The notes beneath the pieces were generated by a model. That model was not told the origin of the DNA. It saw only the letters and a program-made list of their open reading frames with translations, and searched no databases. A stretch of 32,000 nucleotides of DNA, taken from assembly GCF_025567215.1 (NCBI RefSeq), contig NZ_JAOQKB010000002.1:323000-354999 (forward strand), given 5' to 3'. The translations under genes and the position numbers were made by a program. Below, piece after piece: positions 6,661-13,454 of this stretch (the stretch's first letter is position 1; each line of letters starts with the position of its first letter). The DNA is from Huintestinicola butyrica. Lineage in GTDB: Bacteria > Bacillota > Clostridia > Oscillospirales > Ruminococcaceae.

Positions 6661-7714
6661 ACTTTTACAGCAGCAGATACCAAATAAAAGCTGTGCGCTC
6701 ATTACGTCAGACGTAAACAGGCGGTATTTTTCGGGAATGAAATCCTCTGCGGGAACTATCATCGTTTTTCCCGAGCAGGCGTATCTTATCATTGATTTCA
6801 GATACATTGAAAAAGCAAGGGAAACCGTGCAGAACTGCGAGGTAATTTTGCAGGAGCGTCTTTATGACCAGCTGAACAAGCTTATCAAGAAGCATGACGC
6901 TCACAGCCTGATGATCGAGAACGAGACCATGACCGTTGCCGACCTTGACAGGCTTTACGACCGCATTGACCCCGATGTGGATATTGATTCGGGCGATACT
7001 CTCAGCGGCATCATCACCGATATGAGAGCAATAAAAACTCCCGAAGAGATAAGCATGATGACCAAGGCTCAGCGCATTGCGGAGGCTGCACTTGAAAACA
7101 CGCTGAACTACATTAAGGAGGGCGTTACCGAAAAAGAAATTGCCCTGAGCCTCAACGAATATATGCTGAGAAACGGTGCGGAGGACCTTTCCTTTGAGAC
7201 CATCGCCCTCTGCGGCGAGACTACCTCCATGCCCCACGGCGTTCCCTCGGATAAGCCCCTTAAATCGGGCGAGTTTATCCTTATGGACTTCGGTGCGGTA
7301 TATAACGGCTATCACAGCGACATGACCCGTACAGTAGTTCTGGGCGAGCCTACGGAAGAGATGGAAAAGGTATATAACACCGTCCTTGAAGCGCAGGAAA
7401 AAGCAATATCCGCCGCAAAGGCAGGCATCACGGGAGTTGAGCTTGACAAGATCGCCCGTGACTATATAAATTCCTGCGGATACGAGGGCTGCTTCGGCCA
7501 CGGACTGGGTCACAGCGTTGGCATGGAGATACACGAGTCACCCTGCGCCAACACCAGAGACGAGACCGTATTTGCCGAAAATATGATAGTTACCGTGGAA
7601 CCCGGCATCTATCTGCCCAAGAAATTCGGCGTGCGCATTGAGGATTTTGTAGTAATAAAACAAAATTCCTGCGTCAATTTGACAAATGCACCCAAAAAAC
7701 TTATAAAATTATAA
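6647..7714 (+). CDS. M24 family Xaa-Pro aminopeptidase/dipeptidase
   Basis: 355 aa. Overlaps the aroQ stop by 14 nt. Creatinase-like N-domain plus pita-bread domain with DFG..Y.GY.SD.TRT, HGLGHSVG..IHE and VEPG.Y metal-ligand blocks. Confidence 0.88.
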   Translation: MNRIELLQQQIPNKSCALITSDVNRRYFSGMKSSAGTIIVFPEQAYLIIDFRYIEKARETVQNCEVILQERLYDQLNKLIKKHDAHSLMIENETMTVADLDRLYDRIDPDVDIDSGDTLSGIITDMRAIKTPEEISMMTKAQRIAEAALENTLNYIKEGVTEKEIALSLNEYMLRNGAEDLSFETIALCGETTSMPHGVPSDKPLKSGEFILMDFGAVYNGYHSDMTRTVVLGEPTEEMEKVYNTVLEAQEKAISAAKAGITGVELDKIARDYINSCGYEGCFGHGLGHSVGMEIHESPCANTRDETVFAENMIVTVEPGIYLPKKFGVRIEDFVVIKQNSCVNLTNAPKKLIKL

Positions 7715-7721
7715 AAAGCTA

Positions 7722-7750
7722 TTGCAATTAGCGAAAAAATGTGGTATCAT
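7722..7750 (+). promoter_or_regulatory. Sigma-A-type promoter (extended -10) for efp
   Basis: TTGCAA (7722-7727), 17-nt spacer, TGG-TATCAT (7742-7750). Confidence 0.5.
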
Positions 7751-7823
7751 ATATTTAATTGATGATATTTATTCAGCAGGGAGCGTTCGCTCTCAATCTT
7801 AAACAAATTTTTGGAGGTTAAAT

Positions 7824-8381
7824 ATGATCACAGCCGGCGATTTCAGAAACGGAATGACTTTCGAGGAGGACGGCAACGTTCTTCAGATCGTTGAATTCCA
7901 GCATGTAAAACCCGGAAAGGGCGCTGCTTTCGTAAGAACCAAGATCAAGAACGTTATTACAGGCTCCGTAGTTGAAAAGAGCTACAACCCTTCCGCTAAG
8001 TTCCCCACCGCTTATGTTGAGAGAAGGGATATGGAATATTCCTACAACGACGGCGACCTTTACTACTTTATGGACCCTGAGACCTATGAGCAGCAGCCTA
8101 TCAGCTCCGCTGAGCTTTCCGACAACTTCAAGTTTGTCAAGGAGCAGATGATGTGCAAGGTATGTTCCTACAAGGGCAAGGTTTTCGCTGTAGAGCCTCC
8201 CAACTTTGTTGAGCTCCAGGTAACACAGACCGACCCCGGCTTCAAGGGCGATACTGCTACCAACGCTACCAAGCCTGCTACTCTTGAAACAGGCGCTGAG
8301 ATCAAGGTTCCCCTCTTCATCAACGAGGGCGACATGATCAGAATCGATACACGTACAGGCGAATACATGGAAAGAGCATAA
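7824..8381 (+). CDS. efp: Translation elongation factor P
   Basis: 185 aa. The sequence (..F..G......DG....[20 protein letters not shown]) is diagnostic. GGAGG RBS. Confidence 0.97.
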   Translation: MITAGDFRNGMTFEEDGNVLQIVEFQHVKPGKGAAFVRTKIKNVITGSVVEKSYNPSAKFPTAYVERRDMEYSYNDGDLYYFMDPETYEQQPISSAELSDNFKFVKEQMMCKVCSYKGKVFAVEPPNFVELQVTQTDPGFKGDTATNATKPATLETGAEIKVPLFINEGDMIRIDTRTGEYMERA

Positions 8382-8432
8382 GCTCATTTCATGCGGATCG
8401 TAAACATTCATTTTTTAAGGAGGCTGTAACCT

Positions 8433-8900
8433 ATGACGCTTACAGAAAAAGTTGCTTATCTTAAAGGCCTTATGGAAGGTCTCAACACCGATGACAAGGT
8501 TATCGGCCTGATCGCTGATATCCTGTCCGACATGGCAGGTGAGATCCAGGGTATGCAGGACGACATGGAGGAGATCTCCGAGGTCGTTGATACCATTGAT
8601 GAAGATCTCGGCGAGCTGGAAAAGGATTTCTACGATATCGACGAGGACGAATGCGGCTGCGGTCATCACCATTATGACGATTGCTGCGATGATGACGACG
8701 ATGAGGACGATGACGAAGAGCTTTTCGATGATGACGATGAGCTTTATGAAGTTACCTGCCCCACCTGCCATGATACTATCTGCCTGAATGAAGCAATGAT
8801 CGAAGACGGTTCGATCACCTGCCCCAACTGCGGCGAGCTTCTCGAGTTTGATCTCGATGACGAAGACGACGCTGAGGCTCCCACTCCCACTGAGGAATAA
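8433..8900 (+). CDS. Acidic zinc-ribbon protein (resembles CD1247 N-terminal-domain family)
   Basis: 155 aa. N-terminal helical region (KVAYLKGLMEGL), a poly-Asp/Glu run with CGCGHHH..CC, and a C-terminal CPTC...CPNC four-Cys ribbon. The family name is from memory, not a search. Confidence 0.6.
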   Translation: MTLTEKVAYLKGLMEGLNTDDKVIGLIADILSDMAGEIQGMQDDMEEISEVVDTIDEDLGELEKDFYDIDEDECGCGHHHYDDCCDDDDDEDDDEELFDDDDELYEVTCPTCHDTICLNEAMIEDGSITCPNCGELLEFDLDDEDDAEAPTPTEE

Positions 8901-8929
8901 TCCTCAGACCCACAACCGAATAAAATGCA

Positions 8930-9075
8930 ATTTGTTTCAGGGCGAGGTGAAATTCCTCACCGGTGGTATAGTCCACGAGCTTTTCCGAAAGGGAGAGCAT
9001 GATTCGGTGCAACTCCGAAACCGACGGTAAATGTCAGGCTTACGCTTGTCACAAGTCCGGATGAAAGAAACACAG
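8930..9075 (+). promoter_or_regulatory. FMN riboswitch (RFN element)
   Basis: P1 helix is TGTTTC (8933-8938) with GAAACA (9067-9072). Conserved core strings are present: CAGGGCGAGGTGAAATTCCTCACCGGTGGTATAGTCCACGA, GATTCGGTGCAACTCCGAAACCGACGGT and AGTCCGGATGAAAGA. It lies directly upstream of a RibU-type gene. Confidence 0.92.
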
Positions 9076-9099
9076 CGCTTTTTACACTGCGTAAACCCG

Positions 9100-9142
9100 C
9101 CGCCCGTGATCCATTTTAATGTTTCACGGGCGGTTTGTTTTA
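9100..9142 (+). terminator. Riboswitch expression-platform terminator
   Basis: CCGCCCGTGA (9100-9109) pairs with TCACGGGCGG (9124-9133), a perfect 10-bp stem, followed by TTTGTTTTAT. It lies 50 nt before the ribU start. Confidence 0.85.
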
Positions 9143-9192
9143 TCAGAACAGATTGCTTTTATTATATCAATTTTTTTAATGGAGGAATCTGT

Positions 9193-9834
9193 ATGAAAAA
9201 CAAGATTTTCAGCCCCAACACCGAAACACCCAAGGTAAGACAGCTTACCGTAACTGCCCTTATGGGCGCAATGTCAGCGGTGCTGATGTTTATTCAGCTG
9301 CCCGTGCCAATGTTCATGCCAAGCTTTATAAAGTTTGACCTGTCAGAGCTGCCTGCGCTTATCGCTTCCTTTGCAATAGGCCCTCTTTCCGGTGCCTGCG
9401 TGTGCCTGATAAAGAACATCATCAACCTGTTCTCCACATCAACTGGCGGAGTCGGTGAACTTTCCAACTTTATCCTCGGCTGCGCTTTCGTAGTTCCCGC
9501 AGGACTTATCTACAAGGCAAAGAAAACCAAGACCACCGCAATAATCGGCGCCCTTTCAGGCTCTGTGTTCATGGCGCTTCTCAGCGTGGTATCAAACTAC
9601 TTTATCGTATATCCCATTTACACAAACTTTATGTCCATGGACGCTATCATCGGAATGTACAAGGCACTTAACCCCAAGGTAAACACTCTGCTTGATGCCC
9701 TTGTTATGTTCAATATGCCCTTTACCTTTGTCAAGGGTCTGACAAGCACACTGTTAACTCTGGCAGTTTACAAGTACATCTCCCCTATCCTCAAGCATGG
9801 CACAAAGCAGAAGTCAGCAAAGCAGGCAGGCTGA
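9193..9834 (+). CDS. ribU: ECF-transporter S component for riboflavin (RibU-like)
   Basis: The true start is taken as the ATG at 9193, with GGAGGA at 9181-9186. The track ORF from 9031 runs through the riboswitch. The product is 213 aa and polytopic, with the F.K.DLSE.PALIA.F..GP..G motif of RibU-type proteins. FMN riboswitch control supports the substrate call. Confidence 0.85.
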   Translation: MKNKIFSPNTETPKVRQLTVTALMGAMSAVLMFIQLPVPMFMPSFIKFDLSELPALIASFAIGPLSGACVCLIKNIINLFSTSTGGVGELSNFILGCAFVVPAGLIYKAKKTKTTAIIGALSGSVFMALLSVVSNYFIVYPIYTNFMSMDAIIGMYKALNPKVNTLLDALVMFNMPFTFVKGLTSTLLTLAVYKYISPILKHGTKQKSAKQAG

Positions 9835-9853
9835 TAACATATACACAAAAGCA

Positions 9854-9888
9854 AACGGAGCCGTTTTTGCGGCTCCGTTATTTTTTTA
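9854..9888. terminator. Terminator between convergent ribU and the DUF4349 gene
   Basis: AACGGAGCCG (9854-9863) pairs with CGGCTCCGTT (9870-9879), a 10-bp stem, followed by T7. Confidence 0.8.
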
Positions 9889-9892
9889 TTAT

Positions 9893-10936
9893 TTATTTTT
9901 CTTCCGACTGTGCAGCTTCATCTGCTTTGGCTGCATTTTTCTCAGCCTTGGCGATCTTATGCTTCTTAACCGACTTTGCAATGAAAATAACCACTGCCGC
10001 AACTATTCCAAGGAAAACAAGGTACGGCGCAAGGTAGATGATAACGAACAGCAGCCATTCAAGGAACGACAGGAAGCCCTCGCCTGCGCTGCTGAGGGTA
10101 CTGCTCAGTCTTTCCGCAAATGTATCGGTCTTTACAGGCTCTGCCTCATATTCCTTTACCTCGTTCAGAGTGAAATACACGTAAGAATATGCCACATCTG
10201 TCTCGATAGTGTTCATTCTGGTTTTAAGGTTTGCTATCTGTATCTGAATGTCGGTAAGCTCTTTTTCGACCGCAATGGCGTACTCGTCCTCGGTGATATC
10301 CGCAAGCAGCGCAAGGTAGCGTGCTTCCTTTGCCTCATATATGGCAAGAGTGGTGGAAAGGTCGCTGTATTCCTGGCTCATATTTGTGACGCTGGCGTTC
10401 TTGCTGCGCAGATCACCCAGTCCCCCTGCCGCATTACAGAAATTATCATAATCCTTGCTGGGTATTCTTACTGTGGCAGTATAGGATTTCCACTTTTCCT
10501 CACTGCTGCTGTACCATCTGCCCTCGGAGCCGCCGTCGCTGAAATTCTCCTGCTCAACAAATCCGCCGTATGTATCAAGTGCGTTCCTGAAACCGCTCAG
10601 CGATGTTTCAAAATTCAGCGTATCAACGCTCATTGTGCAGGAATAAACCAGCATTTCCTTTGATACCGCATTTGGTTCGGCGGTGCTGTCCGATGCAGCT
10701 GCGTCATATGAGGGCACATCTGCCGAATCGTAATCCTCTGACGCATATGACTCATCGGAGGCATAGGAATAATCATCTGAATAATATCCGTTTGAGTCTT
10801 CTGAATATGACCTTGACTCGCTGATTCCGTTTGCATATCCAATGGCGGGCGCCGTATCAGATGCTGACTGAGAACTGCCGCAGGCTGTGAGAAGAAGCAT
10901 ACATAACGCTGATGATAAAATTAAACTCTTTTTCAT
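9893..10936 (-). CDS. DUF4349-like lipoprotein with C-terminal membrane anchor
   Basis: Start chosen at MKKSLILSSALCMLLLTAC (lipobox LLTAC), 7 codons inside the track ORF. Ser/Asp/Tyr-rich linker, the YTATVRIPS..YD.F... coiled-coil core typical of DUF4349, a C-terminal TM helix and a Lys-rich tail. Confidence 0.75.
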   Translation of the reverse strand: MKKSLILSSALCMLLLTACGSSQSASDTAPAIGYANGISESRSYSEDSNGYYSDDYSYASDESYASEDYDSADVPSYDAAASDSTAEPNAVSKEMLVYSCTMSVDTLNFETSLSGFRNALDTYGGFVEQENFSDGGSEGRWYSSSEEKWKSYTATVRIPSKDYDNFCNAAGGLGDLRSKNASVTNMSQEYSDLSTTLAIYEAKEARYLALLADITEDEYAIAVEKELTDIQIQIANLKTRMNTIETDVAYSYVYFTLNEVKEYEAEPVKTDTFAERLSSTLSSAGEGFLSFLEWLLFVIIYLAPYLVFLGIVAAVVIFIAKSVKKHKIAKAEKNAAKADEAAQSEEK

Positions 10937-11162
10937 AATATGACCGTCCCTTCGCATGATATTTACTGATGTATATACGAATGAGGATAACCGAATTTAT
11001 GGCAGAAATTGTTATTTTTATGTTAACATATGCTGAACTTTTATATTTTGCTGTCTGCCCACCCTTTTCAATCCATTCAGAAAGCGCTAAGAAACTGCGG
11101 CAGCACCGTTATTTTAAATAAATTCGGCTTTTTTTCATTTATTTTAATGTTCAATTTTTTTA

Positions 11163-11191
11163 TTGCATTTCATTTGGTAATGTGTTACAAT
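11163..11191 (+). promoter_or_regulatory. Sigma-A-type promoter (extended -10) for the MetRS-like gene
   Basis: TTGCAT (11163-11168), 17-nt spacer, TGT-TACAAT (11183-11191). Confidence 0.5.
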
Positions 11192-11227
11192 ATAAGCTAT
11201 GAAACTATATGTTCGGAGGCAGATGTC

Positions 11228-13255
11228 ATGGCTGAAAGCAATGAGATGTATAAGAAAAAAACCGCAGATAAGAATAATCGTCCTCAGTTCCCCAAAAGAG
11301 CAGTTATAACAGGCGGTATGCCTTACGGAAACAAGACCCTCCACTTCGGTCATGTGGGCGGAGTGTTCGTTTTTGCCGATGTATATGCACGCTTCCTGCG
11401 TGACAGGATAGGCAAGGAGAACGTTATCTTCGTTTCGGGAACAGACTGCTACGGCTCCCCTATCGCCGAGGGCTACAGAAAAGCCTGCGCTGAACAGGGC
11501 TTCACAGGAACTATCCGTGACTATGTTCAGAGAAATCACGACGCTCAGAAGAAAACTCTCGATGATTATGACATCAGCCTTGACCTGTTCGGTGCTTCCG
11601 CTCTGGGTGACACCGCAGAGTGGCACAACAAGGTCTCCGACGCTTTTATCAGAAAGCTTTATGAGATGGGTCATCTGAAAAAGATATCCACCGCTCAGTT
11701 CTATGACGAAAAGGCTGGAATGTTCCTCAACGGCAGGCAGGTCATCGGCAAGTGCCCCGTTCAGGGCTGCCAGTCCGAAAAGGGCTATGCAGATGAGTGC
11801 GATCTGGGTCATCAGTACAATCCTATCAACCTTATCGACCCCAAGAGCACACTGACAGGTGAAACTCCCGTTATGAAGGACGTTGTAAACTGGTACTTCA
11901 AGCTTCCCGATTATAACGATCTGCTCAAGGAAATGGCTTCCGAAATGGAGAAGCAGGACAATATCCGTCCCGTTGTCACAAAGACTGTAAAGGAATTCCT
12001 TGAGCCTCCAGTTATCTATATAATGAACGACTATATGGACACCTACAAGGAGCTTGCTCCTCAGATGGCTGAGCATGAGCTTATCGTTGAGCCTAAAAAA
12101 ACATCCTTTACTATAGTTTTCAAGGAGCTTTCCCAGAGAGATGATGCCTGCAAGCTGCTCAACGAGCATCATGTACGTTTCAGAGAGGGCAAGACACTTG
12201 TTCCCTTCAGACTTACAGGAAACATCGAGTGGGGCGTTCCCGCTCCCGAGCTTGAGGGCGAAAAGGGTCTGACAGTATGGGTATGGCCCGAATCACTGTG
12301 GGCTCCTATCTCCTTTACCGTGGCATACCTTGCTTCTCAGGGCAGGGACACCGAGGAATGGAGAAAATACTGGTGCGACCCCGATGCTAAGGTATATCAG
12401 TTCATCGGTCAGGACAATATCTATTTCTACTGCGTGGCTCAGACCGCAATGTGGATGTCCTTCCAGGGCGAAAAGCTGGAGGATATGTCCCCCACTGATA
12501 CAAAGGGGCATCTTACAATGCCCGTTCCCGTGGCTAACCACCACATTCTCTTCCTTGACAAGAAGGCTTCTTCCAGCGGCTCCGTAAAGCCTCCTATGGC
12601 TGCCGACCTGCTGGACTACTATACCGCTGAACAGCTGAGAATGCACTGGCTGGGTCTCGGTCTCGGCATGAGAAGCGTAAGCTTCCAGCCCAAGCCCCTT
12701 AACCCCAATGCAAAGCCTGAGGACAGCGATCCCGTAACAAAGGAAGGCTTCCTGCTCTCCAACGTATTCAACAGAGTTATCCGCACCTGCTTCTACGATG
12801 TTCAGAAGTATTATGACGGCGTAATGCCCGTGGGCGAGGTATCCGAAAGCGTTATTGCCGACTCCGAAAAGGCTATCCTCGAATACGAGAGATTTATGTA
12901 CAAGACCGAGTTCCATCAGGTAACATATGTTCTTGACTCCTATATCAGAAAGGCAAGCAAATATATGGCAAAGGCAAAGTCCGAGGCTGATAAGTCCGAT
13001 GATGATGCTCTCCGCCGCCGTTACCTTATCGACACATTCCATATGATAAAGACCGCCGCTGTTCTTCTTCACCCTCTTGCTCCCAAAGGCACAGAAATGG
13101 TAAAGGATTACATGAACCTCGACGAGTCCGTATGGAGCTGGGATCATATTTTTGACACTCTCCAGACTATCTGCGGCGGTGACAGGAAGCTCAAATTCCT
13201 TGAACCCAAGGTGGATTTCTTCAAGCGTCATCCTTCTCAGTTCAAAGCTGAATGA
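11228..13255 (+). CDS. metG: Class I aminoacyl-tRNA ligase, methionine--tRNA ligase-like
   Basis: Start taken at ATG 11228 with GGAGG at 11215-11219; the track ORF from 11030 adds hydrophobic junk. The product is 675 aa. It aligns block by block with MetRS. Matching blocks are MPYGNKTLHFGH (the HIGH motif), ADVYARFLRDR...GTDCYGSPI, a knuckle GKCPVQGCQ...ECDLGH, and FIGQDNIYFY. The KMSKS position reads KASSS (see findings). Confidence 0.75.
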   Translation: MAESNEMYKKKTADKNNRPQFPKRAVITGGMPYGNKTLHFGHVGGVFVFADVYARFLRDRIGKENVIFVSGTDCYGSPIAEGYRKACAEQGFTGTIRDYVQRNHDAQKKTLDDYDISLDLFGASALGDTAEWHNKVSDAFIRKLYEMGHLKKISTAQFYDEKAGMFLNGRQVIGKCPVQGCQSEKGYADECDLGHQYNPINLIDPKSTLTGETPVMKDVVNWYFKLPDYNDLLKEMASEMEKQDNIRPVVTKTVKEFLEPPVIYIMNDYMDTYKELAPQMAEHELIVEPKKTSFTIVFKELSQRDDACKLLNEHHVRFREGKTLVPFRLTGNIEWGVPAPELEGEKGLTVWVWPESLWAPISFTVAYLASQGRDTEEWRKYWCDPDAKVYQFIGQDNIYFYCVAQTAMWMSFQGEKLEDMSPTDTKGHLTMPVPVANHHILFLDKKASSSGSVKPPMAADLLDYYTAEQLRMHWLGLGLGMRSVSFQPKPLNPNAKPEDSDPVTKEGFLLSNVFNRVIRTCFYDVQKYYDGVMPVGEVSESVIADSEKAILEYERFMYKTEFHQVTYVLDSYIRKASKYMAKAKSEADKSDDDALRRRYLIDTFHMIKTAAVLLHPLAPKGTEMVKDYMNLDESVWSWDHIFDTLQTICGGDRKLKFLEPKVDFFKRHPSQFKAE

Positions 13256-13351
13256 CATTTTTAGCGATCTTTACTAAAAATAATGCAGGATTATTTATGC
13301 TATTGTGCAGATTTCAATAGTTGTTATAGGTTTTTATATGCAGATACTATA

Positions 13352-13381
13352 TTGATTTCAGCTGTAAAATTATAGTATAAT
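13352..13381 (+). promoter_or_regulatory. Sigma-A-type promoter for the VWA protein gene
   Basis: TTGATT (13352-13357), 18-nt spacer, TATAAT (13376-13381). Confidence 0.45.
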
Positions 13382-13454
13382 ATAATAAAGCGAGCGCAGA
13401 ATTTCTCGTTTGAGGGATTCTGCGCCAAAAATTTTAATACGGATGTGAATTTGA

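Noticed and set aside
9031-9192. N-terminal 54 codons of the track ORF 9031-9834.
   Set aside because: This stretch overlaps the FMN riboswitch 3' half and its terminator hairpin. A GGAGGA RBS precedes the internal ATG at 9193, where the RibU-like sequence begins.
11030-11227. Upstream extension of the MetRS-like ORF (MLNFYILLSAHPF...).
   Set aside because: AT-rich and hydrophobic, with no homology-like features. It contains the predicted promoter (11163-11191). A GGAGG RBS precedes the ATG at 11228, where the synthetase sequence starts.
10958-11227. Possible T-box leader upstream of the aminoacyl-tRNA ligase gene.
   Set aside because: No T-box sequence, specifier-loop context or antiterminator/terminator pair could be found. 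The leader from the predicted promoter is only ~35 nt.
4692-13381. Similar promoter strings at 4692-4724 and 13352-13385 (TTGATTT...AAAAT(T)ATAGTATAATATAA).
   Set aside because: The shared part is essentially the sigma-A -35, an A/T-rich spacer end and the -10. The similarity is what two strong housekeeping promoters would show, not evidence of a repeat element.
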